Shown here piece after piece: positions 1 through 9,328 of a stretch of 64,000 nt of DNA. The notes under the pieces were generated by a model. The model ran no database searches. It was not told the DNA's origin and saw only the letters and a list, made by a program, of their open reading frames with translations. Each line of letters begins with the position of its first letter. The stretch's first letter is position 1. Source of the stretch: Alphaproteobacteria bacterium (lineage in GTDB: Bacteria > Pseudomonadota > Alphaproteobacteria > SHVV01); assembly GCA_965261735.1 (NCBI GenBank), contig OZ253470.1, positions 416,001-480,000 on the forward strand. The letters are read 5' to 3'. The translations under genes and the position numbers were made by a program.

Positions 1-740
1 CCGGCGTCGAACAGGCTGTGAATGTCCCGCCGCAGCAAAAGACCGTTCTGCGCCTCGTGTGCACCGCCATCGCCGTAGGGGCGTATATGCGCCGCCTCCA
101 AAGCCGGCAGTGTCCGCTCTTGAGTGACCGCGCATCGCCGCCAATAGATATCCGTGACCAGCACGCGGAACGCGCCTTGCCCGAGGCGAGGACGAATGAG
201 ATGCGGCTCGCCAAATCGCGCCTGCTCCCCTGCCATGCCCGCCATCTGTGGCCGGCTGAGTCGATCGTTCACGGCTTCCCACAAAGCCAGTCCTTCGGCA
301 CTGTCTGTGTTGTAGGTCTTGAAAGCTACAATTCTCTGCGAGAAACTCGCCGGCGGGGGAATCCAGTCGCGTTCCGCGAAGAAGAAGGGCTGGGTCAAAA
401 TGCGGCACCCAATCTCGAAGTCGCTGCTATCGCCTGGATCCGCGTGGCGGAGACGGGCGATGCCAGCACGCATTTCCCGCCCTGAGTGGGCACCGTTCGC
501 TTCCTTGAATGCCTCCCAGGCGAGCGAGCACGGCAGCGCGTTCGCGTAGGCAAAGATACCGCCACCGACAATCAAGTTGCGCGGCGCGCGCAGCTTGAAC
601 AGAAACATTTCGCCCGGCTCGAGTGCACGGAATTTCGTGGCCGACGGCGCCCAGAAGTTCACCTCGTCGAGGTTCGGCTGCTGACGCAGCATCTCGAACC
701 AGTCTCCGTCCGTGACCGCAATGACGAGGTTGATGCCCAT
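1..740 (-). CDS. HNH endonuclease (putative modification-dependent restriction endonuclease), runs off the left edge
   Basis: Not in the ORF track. Manual translation from ATG 740: MGINLVIAVTDGDWFEML...EVNFWAPS...FLFKLRAPRNLIVGGG...RLGQGAFRVLVTDIYWRRCAVT...LEAAHIRPYGDGGAHEAQNGLLLRRDIHSLFDAG, open to base 1. Confidence 0.85.
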   Translation of the reverse strand, partial: MGINLVIAVTDGDWFEMLRQQPNLDEVNFWAPSATKFRALEPGEMFLFKLRAPRNLIVGGGIFAYANALPCSLAWEAFKEANGAHSGREMRAGIARLRHADPGDSSDFEIGCRILTQPFFFAERDWIPPPASFSQRIVAFKTYNTDSAEGLALWEAVNDRLSRPQMAGMAGEQARFGEPHLIRPRLGQGAFRVLVTDIYWRRCAVTQERTLPALEAAHIRPYGDGGAHEAQNGLLLRRDIHSLFDA

Positions 741-875
741 TCTATTCCGCCGCCTTCATCTCTCGGGCTTGTGCCGGTGCGGGAACCCTCGTCGACGAAC
801 GAACCCGAGCGGTCTGTCCGTCGTCAGATGATTTGCGACAGGGTTGTGCCGACATTGTCATGTATGGACGCCCCC

Positions 876-1112
876 GGTGTTGCAAGGGGAAAACTGATTT
901 GAATCGGCGGTAGAGCTTGCAGTCATGTATCCGGCCTTTTCGCTGCGGTACGCTGACCGCTGGCCCTGATGGAATCCGAAAGATCGACGCCCAGTCAGAC
1001 TAACGAGCTTGATGCTCGGACAATGCCTCGGGTTTGGCCGATCTCGGGTGGAACCCTGTTTCGCCATCAAATCGTCGTCACCCTCGCAATTTGATCCCGG
1101 TTTGCCAGCTGG
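876..1112 (-). ncRNA. Predicted bridge/seek RNA of the IS1111 element
   Basis: Contains segments matching the target flanks (994-1004, 1019-1025) and the donor junction (923-930, 967-972); RNA boundaries unknown. Confidence 0.7.
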
Positions 1113-2132
1113 CTATGCCGGCGTCGGTCGGTAGATACGCTCGTACCTGAGCAGTGCCCAGGCGACACGGGCTGCCTTATTGGCCATGGCGACCAGCACC
1201 ACGTTTGTCGGCCGCCGCGCCAGGAGCCGGTCGGTCCAGCCAGGCCCCGTGCCCGGCTTGGCGCGGCGCCAGCGCAGCACGGTTCGCGCACCATGCACGA
1301 GCAAGCGCCTGATATAGCCATCCCCGCGCTTCGATATCCGTCCCAGTCTATCCTTGCCGCCACTCGAGTGCTGCCGGGGCACCAGACCGAGCCAGGCCGA
1401 AAGCTGTCGGCCCGAGCGGAACTGTGCGCCATCGCCGATCGTCGCGACCAGCGCCGTCGCGGTGATGACACCGACGCCGGGGATCGTCGCAAGACGGCGG
1501 CTCGCCTCGTTGGAGCGGTGCCATGCCAAAAGCGTCACTTCCAGCTGCTTGATCCGGGCCTGAGCAGAACGGAGCTGCTCAACCAGAGAGCCAAGCGCCT
1601 CGCGTGCCAGAGGCGGCAGTCGCACATCGCCGGGATCTTCGATAATGGCAACCAGTTCCTCCACCTTCGACGCCCCCTGAGCGACGATCAGTCCGAACTC
1701 CGCACAGTGGCCGCGCAGCGCATTGATCACCATCGTGCGTTGACGGACCAACAGCTCTCGGGCCCGGTGCAGCATCAGAACCGACTGCTGCTCGGCGCTT
1801 TTCGCCGGTGCAAAGCGCATCGTCGGACGCGTCACTGCCTCACAGATCGTTTCCGCATCCGCTGCGTCGTTCTTATTCGTTTTGACGAAGGGACGAACGT
1901 ATTGAGGCGGAATCAGCTGAACTTTGTGCCCGTGTGCTTGCAGTTCCCGAGCCCAATAGTGCGCAGAGGCACAGGCTTCCATACCGACAAGACAGGATGG
2001 CAATCCGGCGAAGAACGCCAGCACCTTCCCGCGGCGCAGCTTCCGCCGTAGTACCGGTCGTCCCTCACCATCAGCACCGTGAACCTGGAACACCGTCTTT
2101 GCCAGATCGAACCCAATTGTCGTAATATCCAT
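1113..2132 (-). CDS. IS110/IS1111 recombinase (DEDD RuvC-like + Tnp domain)
   Basis: GFDLAK, MEAC, KTNKNDAADA, IPGVG, GLVPRQHSSGG, SKRGD motifs. Confidence 0.95.
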   Translation of the reverse strand: MDITTIGFDLAKTVFQVHGADGEGRPVLRRKLRRGKVLAFFAGLPSCLVGMEACASAHYWARELQAHGHKVQLIPPQYVRPFVKTNKNDAADAETICEAVTRPTMRFAPAKSAEQQSVLMLHRARELLVRQRTMVINALRGHCAEFGLIVAQGASKVEELVAIIEDPGDVRLPPLAREALGSLVEQLRSAQARIKQLEVTLLAWHRSNEASRRLATIPGVGVITATALVATIGDGAQFRSGRQLSAWLGLVPRQHSSGGKDRLGRISKRGDGYIRRLLVHGARTVLRWRRAKPGTGPGWTDRLLARRPTNVVLVAMANKAARVAWALLRYERIYRPTPA

Positions 2133-2340
2133 CGTGGACGCTCCCTCTGTCTGGGTTGTTCAACACACTCCAGTATGGCTCATCGTGAAGCCGTAGGGGG
2201 CGTCCATACCATCAGACCAACTGGGTCGGACCTGCAAGACCTACAACCAAGCGGCCTCAGGCTCCCGCCAACTCATGAACCACATTGGCCCGGCGCCGGC
2301 GCCGGGCCAATCATGTTTCGGCTGCCGCCGTGGACCAGTA

Positions 2341-2556
2341 GAATTCCCTGTTCTCCCGAACAAAATCCCTGTTCGCTCGAATGAATTCCCTGTTACATAG
2401 TTTAGGGAATTGGACCGAAAACACTAGCGTTTCTGCCATGTTTCAAACACAGGAAAGCTTCTGAATCCCTGCAAAAGAGAAAATTTTCCTGTAATTTCCC
2501 TGTTAAACAGGGAATTGGCCTCAGAGACGAGTTCGCGGGAGACTGCCTGCACAGCC
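2341..2556 (+). repeat. CCCTGTT repeat module with degenerate tRNA-3'-like att segment
   Basis: CCCTG at 2346/2367/2388 (21-bp period); palindrome TTCCCTGTTAAACAGGGAA 2496-2514; homologous to 43241-43435. Confidence 0.7.
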
Positions 2557-2945
2557 AGCCACCCCGGCGAAGCAGTCTCTTCATCGCATAGCTCGGCCAA
2601 GCCGCGGGAAACAGGGCCCGTTTCGCGGTCAAACGGAATTCTGAGCTCCTGAACCCGGGAGCATTTCCGGCCATTGCCGGGGTTCCCGGCGTGCGGTCTC
2701 CGCGAGCGCGATGCAAGGGTGAGTTTGGTGGCAACAGGGAATTTTTGCGATTACGGCCTCAAAACAGGGAGATTGTAGCGAACTGCCGACCAAAATGAAG
2801 AAATTATCTTTTTTTATCAATGACTTCTGAACTTTCCTGTTTTTCTGCAGAAGGGCAGTCGATATCAGGGAAGCAAATGAAGGGAACAGGAAATAATCCG
2901 GCCCGTCTTGCCGTAGTCGAGTGAGCGGGATGTGGGTGCCAATCC

Positions 2946-4535
2946 CTATTCCGGCGATGTTGCAATTCCGATTTGGACGGCTTGTTGCGACCAGGCGAGC
3001 GGTATTGGGCCCTTGAGGAGCTGTGTCAGTGTTACCCCTGCGGATTGGCGACCTTCAACAATCGCTCTTTGGATCTCCGGTGCCAGAAAGGCCAGGCGAA
3101 CGAGCTGGCGGCGATAGGGCGTATCCGGTGCTGTGACGAGCACGGGCAATCCGCCATCATCGTGGTGCAGCATGGCGTGTGCGGAGCGGAGCGCCTTGAC
3201 CAGAACAGGGTCCGGCATGTGTCCCGCACTTGGGCCCTTGAGAACCCAGGTCTCGCCACGACGCCGGACAAGGGGCAGATGCAGTCTGGCGAGACGCGCA
3301 TCCACAGGATCCGGCTCGAGGCGTTCGTGCGGCTCGAGGCGCTGGCGCATCGCGACGATCCGGTCGATCGGCAGCAAGCAGTGCAGCGACTGATCGTGGA
3401 GCTCGGCGCGGACAACAAGCGTGATGGGATCGTCCGGACATCCCGCGATCACGCGACGCAGCACGGTCGCGAGGGCGACTTCGAGCGGTGGGGCGGATAT
3501 GCGCCGGATGGCTGTGTCGGATGGATCGCGCCTTGCCCCTTGCTGCAGCGGTGCCGAGACATAGTAGCGATAGAGCCTGCCACCCCGCCCATAAGAGAAG
3601 GTCGGCGACATCGGCCGACCATCCGCGTCGAAGAGGCGCCCGGCCAGAGGGGCATTCGCCTTTTGCTCGCGATTCGATGCCCGGCGGCGGGTGTTCGCGT
3701 CGAGCCGCGCCTGGACGGCCGCGAAGAGATCGCCATCGATGATGGCCTGGTGCCGGCCGGGATGCGCCCTCCCCTTGTGGACGATCATGCCGCGATAGAC
3801 TCTGTTGCGCAGCAGTTGAAAGAGCGCGCCACGACTGAACGGCCGGCCGCCGGATAGTCGACCCGCCCGCGTCACGCGCCGCTTCGAACGGATGCCCCGG
3901 TCCTCAAGCCATCGCTGCAGCGCGTGCACGGAGCCGAGATCGATATAGGCCCCGAAGATGGTGCGCACGATCTCGGCCTCCTCCTGGTTGACCGCCAGGG
4001 CGCGCGTGCCATCCCCAGGCGGGTCGTAGCCAAGCGGCACAGTGCCGCCCATCCACATGCCCTTGGCCTTGGAGGCCGCGATCTTGTCGCGTATGCGCTC
4101 GCCCGTCACCTCGCGCTCGAACTGCGCGAAGGACAAGAGCACGTTCAGTGTCAGGCGGCCCATGCTGGTCGTGGTGTTGAAGGCCTGGGTGACGCTGACG
4201 AAGCTGGCCCGGCGGCGATCGAAGATCTCGATCATGCGTGCGAAGTCGGGCAAGGACCGGGTCAGGCGGTCAATCTTGTAGACGACGATGACGTCGACCT
4301 TGCCGGCTTCGATGTCGCAGAGAAGCCGCTTGAGCGCCGGGCGCTCCATGGACGCGCCGGAGAAGCCGCCATCGTCGTAGCGGGCCCGGACTGCTCTCCA
4401 ACCTTCGCCGGCCTGGCTCTTCACATACGCCGCGCAGGCTTCGCGCTGCGCATCGAGGGAGTTGAACGCCTGCTCAAGGCCTTCCTCGCTGCTCTTCCTC
4501 GTATAGAGGGCGCAGTGGAGACGGGGCCGGCTCAT
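2946..4535 (-). CDS. Large serine recombinase (resolvase + recombinase domains)
   Basis: CALYTRKSSEEG, YDDGGFSG, VYKIDRLTRS, FAQFERE; ATG 4535 overlaps the upstream stop (ATGA). Confidence 0.92.
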   Translation of the reverse strand: MSRPRLHCALYTRKSSEEGLEQAFNSLDAQREACAAYVKSQAGEGWRAVRARYDDGGFSGASMERPALKRLLCDIEAGKVDVIVVYKIDRLTRSLPDFARMIEIFDRRRASFVSVTQAFNTTTSMGRLTLNVLLSFAQFEREVTGERIRDKIAASKAKGMWMGGTVPLGYDPPGDGTRALAVNQEEAEIVRTIFGAYIDLGSVHALQRWLEDRGIRSKRRVTRAGRLSGGRPFSRGALFQLLRNRVYRGMIVHKGRAHPGRHQAIIDGDLFAAVQARLDANTRRRASNREQKANAPLAGRLFDADGRPMSPTFSYGRGGRLYRYYVSAPLQQGARRDPSDTAIRRISAPPLEVALATVLRRVIAGCPDDPITLVVRAELHDQSLHCLLPIDRIVAMRQRLEPHERLEPDPVDARLARLHLPLVRRRGETWVLKGPSAGHMPDPVLVKALRSAHAMLHHDDGGLPVLVTAPDTPYRRQLVRLAFLAPEIQRAIVEGRQSAGVTLTQLLKGPIPLAWSQQAVQIGIATSPE

Positions 4536-4945
4536 TTGGCGGATCGGAGGCCGAAGAAGCGCGGGCCATTCCAACGCGTGCCCGCGATCGCGGTCGCGGC
4601 CGCGGAGAGGCTCTTGAAGAGTTGACCCCCGTGGCGAAACCCCTCTTCTTCGACCGTGACCTGGACGATCCGCCCCCGCCATTCACGCCGCAGCGTGGTC
4701 CCGATCCCGAGCTCAAGACCTTCTGCCTGGACCCGCTGGCGGCGCTTGAGCTGGCGCCGTGTGTCACGATCGAGACCGCCGAGAGCCTCTGCCTGCAACC
4801 GCCAGGCCAGACAATAACGCAACAGCGCGGCCGAGCGCAGCTTCGGCGGGACACCGTAGCGGTTGCGCCAAACCTCTCGAAGCCCTTCGAGACCAAGGGG
4901 CGTGAGCGCCTCGATCTCGTCCGCAAGCGGCGCCTCGCCGGTCAT
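4532..4945 (-). CDS. DUF2924 family protein
   Basis: LAWRLQAEALGGL, GTTLRREWRG, SLSAAATAIAGTRWNGPRFFGLR. Confidence 0.88.
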   Translation of the reverse strand: MTGEAPLADEIEALTPLGLEGLREVWRNRYGVPPKLRSAALLRYCLAWRLQAEALGGLDRDTRRQLKRRQRVQAEGLELGIGTTLRREWRGRIVQVTVEEEGFRHGGQLFKSLSAAATAIAGTRWNGPRFFGLRSAK

Positions 4946-5238
4946 GTCACCGGTTGCTCGATGCGGTAGCGCCGCAGGCCCCCTTCTTTCTCGGACCGGA
5001 TGACGTGGCCCTTGCGTCGCAGCGCACCGGCGAGCCCGCCTCGAACCGAATGGGGCTGCCAGCCCGTTGCCTTACAGAGTTCGGCGATGGTCGCGCCGCC
5101 CGGGGCACTGAGATGGGCGACGAGAAGAGCGAGCTTCGTGGTCCCCGGCGGCTTCAGAGCTGTCGCCTTTGAGTTCTTGCGGTTGGTCGCCTTCGCAGCG
5201 CGCGATCCCGACTTTTTCCTTAACGGCTTGTTGGTCAT
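4942..5238 (-). CDS. DUF3489 family protein (HTH-like)
   Basis: TKLALLVAHL, GATIAELCKATGWQPHSVRG; RBS GGAGGAG before ATG 5238. Confidence 0.85.
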   Translation of the reverse strand: MTNKPLRKKSGSRAAKATNRKNSKATALKPPGTTKLALLVAHLSAPGGATIAELCKATGWQPHSVRGGLAGALRRKGHVIRSEKEGGLRRYRIEQPVT

Positions 5239-5419
5239 GGTGTTCTCCTCCGGTATTGCGGCGCAGATCGGCGCCGCTACCGGGGCAAGCCCGGGGTGGC
5301 CGGGCGTGGTCGCACTGACGCTCCTTTGCGCCGGCAAGTCCAGTGCTCTTGCACGACTCGGCGACTGCAACAGCCCGGCCTTACAGCGTCGAGCTCCGCA
5401 TTCAGGACACGTTCCGACA

Positions 5420-5992
5420 GCCCTTTCTTCGAGGCGTCGTCGCGGCCAACCATGCGCTTTGTAGCTGTGAAGACGGAGGAACAGCAGGCTCGGGGCAGGG
5501 AGTATGAGAAGCTGGCTCGGCAATGTGCGGCGGAGAATGCCGATCATGTCCGGTACCTGGCGCGCTTGATCGAGTTGGAGCTGATAGACCGCGAAGCCCG
5601 CATGGTCGAGCGACGCATCAAGGCGGCGAGGTTCCCTTCGATCAAGAGCCTGGAGAGTTTCGGCTTCGATGCGATCCCCACACTCAACAAGAAACTGGTT
5701 GTGGATCTGGCCCGCTCGGATTTTGTCGATCCACACGAGAACGTCATCGCGCTTGGCCCCAGCGGTGTCGGCAAATCCCATGTCGCCATCGCCCTGGGCG
5801 TGGCGGCATGCCAGCGAGGCATAAGAACCCGCTTCGCCACCGCCGCCGTGATTGTGCATGAACTCATCGAGGCCCACGACGAGAAGCGGCTCTTGCGCCT
5901 GCAAAGGCAACTTGCCAGCCACGAGTTGCTGATCATCGACGAACTCGGCTTCGTTCCTCTCTCGAAGACTGGCGCCGAGCTATTGTTCGAAC
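5420..5992 (+). pseudogene. istB: IS110 transposase scrap fused to an IS21 IstB ATPase fragment
   Basis: RPTMRFVAVKTEEQQARG joined to REYEKLARQCAAEN...GPSGVGKS...LLIIDELGFVP; cut at 5993 by an IS1595 end. Confidence 0.8.
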
Positions 5993-6214
5993 CTTGCCTA
6001 TCCGGTTTACACCCACACCCACTAGGGCTAGAATGGGCGCAAACCGGATATAGGGGAGCGCGCCATGGATGTTCTCGACCGCGCCGATCTCCCATTCCCG
6101 CATTCGCTACCCGAGTTCCAGCGACTTTTCCCCGATGATGCGGCCTGCGCCGCCTACCTGGAGAAAGCCCGCTGGGGAGACGGCTTTGCCTGCCCGCACT
6201 GCGGCACGGCGGGA
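5993..6214 (+). mobile_element. Truncated IS1595-family element (left end only)
   Basis: Near-identical to the start of 51521-52625; IR CTTGCCTATCCGG. Confidence 0.9.
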
Positions 6215-6661
6215 TCGCCGCCGACAGGATCGGTGCGCCCGGATCGCCGGCAACAATGCCATTCCGCGCCACCAACGCCGCCAATTGGTCCTCAATCATC
6301 CTGATCGGCGCGAAGATGGCCGTCCAGTCGAAGGCGAATTGCACGTCGAGCGGTTTCGAGTCACGCTCGACGGGTTGGGAGGGTTCCATATGGGGAATCC
6401 CGGTTAAAGATCGCGCAAATCAAGGACGAATAAGATCGGGTTAGCTGGAAGGTCAGAATGACAGAGGATGAAAAGAACGCGGAAAAGCTGCGGGTGCTTG
6501 AGCGGTACTCAGAACTGCAATCCACTATCGAATGCCTTCGCAGTCGGATTCTTCGGTGGCACGGCTATCTTTCGCAGGTCTATACCAATATCGAAGGTGT
6601 GAGGTGGCCTCGGTTTGTCGGACAGCTTGGCGGCTTGATTAAGGTGTATTCCAGTTGTCGT

Positions 6662-7597
6662 TCATGCCGCCAGAATCCCTTTGCATCGATCTCCTTGCCG
6701 TTGTTGTTGCGCCTGTGGGGATGTGGGCAAGGCGCGTAGCGGCTTGTCCATCATATCCACAGGCGGGGCGCCGCGGTAGGCCTCGGCCGGCGTTTCCCCC
6801 CCGAGCGCCGAGTGCGGCCTCTCGGTGTTGTAGAAGTCGATCCACTCGCCGATGACGCGCCGGGCCTCGAAGCCGTCGGCGAGCTCGCGCAGATAGACGG
6901 CCTCGTATTTGAGCGAGCGCCACAGCCGCTCAATGAAGATGTTGTCCAGGCACCGGCCCCTGCCGTCCATCGAGATCCGGATGCCGGTCTCCCGCAAGCG
7001 CCCGGTGAAGGCGAAGCCGGTGAACTGGCTGCCCTGGTCGGTATTGAAGATCTCCGGCGTGCCATGGCGGGCCAGCGCCTCGTCGAGCGCGTCTGTGCAG
7101 AAGCCCGCATCCAGGGTGTTCGACAGACGCCAAGCCAGCACATGCCGGTTGGCCCAGTCCATGATCGCCACCAGGTAAAGAAAGCCGCGCCGCACCGGGA
7201 TGTAGGTGATGTCGGCGCACCAGACATGGTTCGCCCGCTCGATCGTCAAGCCTCTGAGCAGATAGGGGTAGACCCGGTGCTCGGGATGCGGATCGCTGGT
7301 GCGCGGCGCCCGATAGATCGCCTGAAGCCCCATCAGGCGCATCAGACGACCGGCCCGGCGACGACCGACGCGCACGCCCTCGCGGCGTAGATGACGGACC
7401 ATCTGACGGGCGCCGTAGAACGGATACTTCAGGAACAACTCATCAATGCGCCGCATCAGCGCCAGGGTCTCCGGGCTCTCGCCCTTGGGCGTGTAATAGA
7501 GCGAGGAGCGTCCGATCGACAGCAAACGGCATTGACGGCTCAAGCTCAGCGCCGGGTGAGCGCGTATCACCATCGTTCGCCTCTCGGCCCGGCTCAT
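6662..7597 (-). CDS. IS3 OrfB (DDE integrase core)
   Basis: WCADITYI, FNTDQGSQF, DNIFIERLWRSLKYE. Confidence 0.95.
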   Translation of the reverse strand: MSRAERRTMVIRAHPALSLSRQCRLLSIGRSSLYYTPKGESPETLALMRRIDELFLKYPFYGARQMVRHLRREGVRVGRRRAGRLMRLMGLQAIYRAPRTSDPHPEHRVYPYLLRGLTIERANHVWCADITYIPVRRGFLYLVAIMDWANRHVLAWRLSNTLDAGFCTDALDEALARHGTPEIFNTDQGSQFTGFAFTGRLRETGIRISMDGRGRCLDNIFIERLWRSLKYEAVYLRELADGFEARRVIGEWIDFYNTERPHSALGGETPAEAYRGAPPVDMMDKPLRALPTSPQAQQQRQGDRCKGILAA

Positions 7598-7875
7598 CGA
7601 CCGGACCCTCGAGACAAAAAATCCCGCTCCACCGTCAACTCGCCGATCTTCGCGTGAAGATCACGGATCTCGCTCTCATGGTCCCGACGGCGGCGCTCGC
7701 CCCCGTTCGAAAACACTTCGCCAAGACCATCGATCGCCTGCCGCTTCCATGTGCTCACTTGGTTCGGATGAACCTGGTGCTGCGAGGCGATCTCCTGAAG
7801 CGTCCGGTCGCCACGAAGCGCCTCAAGCGCGATCTTCGCCTTCAGCTCCCCGGAAAACCTGCGTCTCTTACTCAT
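7594..7875 (-). CDS. IS3 OrfA (HTH)
   Basis: KRRRFSGELKAKIALEA...VHPNQVSTWK. Confidence 0.93.
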   Translation of the reverse strand: MSKRRRFSGELKAKIALEALRGDRTLQEIASQHQVHPNQVSTWKRQAIDGLGEVFSNGGERRRRDHESEIRDLHAKIGELTVERDFLSRGSGR

Positions 7876-8383
7876 CGCGTATCCCTCCTCAGTCGGCGGA
7901 ATACACCTTAAAAACCTGTCCGATTTTCCGGGGCCACCTCAGTGCCAAGGGCCTAGCCGACTGCATGCCGTTGCTGGATAACGTCGTTGAGGGAGCTGGT
8001 GATGTGCGGATCGTTGTCGACATTGATGGCTTGTCAAAGGCGATCCACGAGCGCCGCCAATTGGAAGAGTCGCTCAGGCGCATGAATCTCGGGGCGCTGA
8101 TACAGAGGCCCTAGTCCTGGCCTGCGGCGGCGGGCGTCAAGGGACTTTGGTCACTTTCGTATATAAATCCCATAAAAAGGCGATGTAGTTTAAGAGTCGA
8201 GATTAGGGCATTTTCTAAGCTTTTGATATTTCGCCTCTTTTCCCGTATACCGTTGATTTCTTTGGATTATTTGTTTTCATTCCATACGCCATGCGGTCGC
8301 TCGCGGCCACCGATATACAAAAAAACGCGGACTCGGCGAGATACGGGCGTGCATACCACCGGGGTGGGCGGAGCCTCCCCGGC

Positions 8384-8810
8384 TCAGCGACGACCGGCGA
8401 GACGGGCGATTGCATCGCGGAACGCCGCCGTGCGCGCCACCCCGTTATGGCTGGCGTTGGCGACTTCCATGAATGTTGCGGTGACACCACGCGCCTCGAG
8501 TGCCGCCATGTAGTCGCGCGCGAGCACAGGCATGGTGTTGGTGTCTTTGCTGCCCGTCAACGCGATAACCTCGACATTGGTGGAAACCGCATCCACAAAG
8601 GCGTGCGGAGAGCGGCTGCGGGCCCATGGGCGGCGGCCCCGCATCCGTCGCCACTTGCCTATGTTGCACGGACAGGCAGCGAGGACCGCCGCACCGACAA
8701 GTCCGGCGTACCGGCCGAGGATGACGGCGCCTATGGCGGCGCCCCCGGAATGACCGACAAATACGACGCGTTCGGCGCCATGGTGGGATTTCAGTTCGGC
8801 AATGGCACGT
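8384..8810 (-). pseudogene. Alpha/beta-hydrolase, N-terminally truncated
   Basis: GHSGG nucleophile elbow, GSKD and SHNG motifs. Confidence 0.6.
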
Positions 8811-8992
8811 AAATTTCCCTTGTCGGCGCCGGCGGCGATTAACTTGGTTTGGCGGTAGAATACATCCAGCACATCGGTTCAAGTTGAACGACGTGAAAAG
8901 GGAAACGGCAAACTGGCGTGTAACAGTGGCAATCAGTTGCACCAGCCGGGCCACGCGGCAGTATAAGAGGCTTGAAATGAGAGGTTCAGGAA

Positions 8993-9328
8993 ATGGCTAT
9001 CGATGAGACCGGGCTCACCAAAGGTCTGGTGAGAAAATTGAACGCGCTTCGGAAATCTGTCGGCGACGACCTCGCCGAAGAGGTCTTCGCAAGGTGGCTG
9101 GAGCGGGAGGCTGCCTCACAAGCCAGGAGCAAGCCAGATCCCGTGGCGATGAAGATCGTCGAGGCTCTCGCGGGCTTTGAGAATGACCCGAAGTTCAATC
9201 TCGGAAATTATGGCTACACACTGCGCCGCGCCAAAGGCAAGGGTGCGTCGGGCTTCATCGCATACAAGAATGAAAAGGCGGATAGAGCGCCGACCCCGTC
9301 TTCTGAAGTTGAGGAGCTCAGTCGATGA
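8993..9328 (+). CDS. Small hypothetical protein
   Basis: Plausible RBS; decayed paralog at 20567-20728. Confidence 0.65.
   Translation: MAIDETGLTKGLVRKLNALRKSVGDDLAEEVFARWLEREAASQARSKPDPVAMKIVEALAGFENDPKFNLGNYGYTLRRAKGKGASGFIAYKNEKADRAPTPSSEVEELSR

Larger units (their letters stand above)
859..2214 (-). mobile_element. IS110 family, IS1111 group element
   Basis: 14-bp subterminal IRs GTATGGACGCCCCC (862-875) / GGGGGCGTCCATAC (2196-2209); TG core (CA on + strand) at 859-860 and 2213-2214; about 250-bp non-coding region downstream of the transposase. Confidence 0.9.
6600..7941 (-). mobile_element. IS3 family element, copy 1
   Basis: TGAGGTGGCC...GGCCACCTCA termini, 3-bp DR GTG, orfA/orfB. 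Confidence 0.95.
6458..8114 (+). pseudogene. Hypothetical protein (about 104 aa) split by IS3
   Basis: Removing 6600-7941 plus one GTG duplication joins MTEDEK...NIEG in frame to AKGLADC...LIQRP*. Confidence 0.65.

Noticed and set aside
2341-2400. CRISPR array
   Set aside because: Repeats are only about 11 bp with 10-bp spacers and there are no cas genes
4942-5922. 326-aa ORF as a real protein
   Set aside because: The N-part is antisense to istB; only 4942-5238 is DUF3489
8151-8180. TCACTTTCGTAT 12-mer shared with 20840-20851, possible Xer/dif-like site
   Set aside because: No recognisable XerD arm (TTATGT) at the right spacing; too short to support
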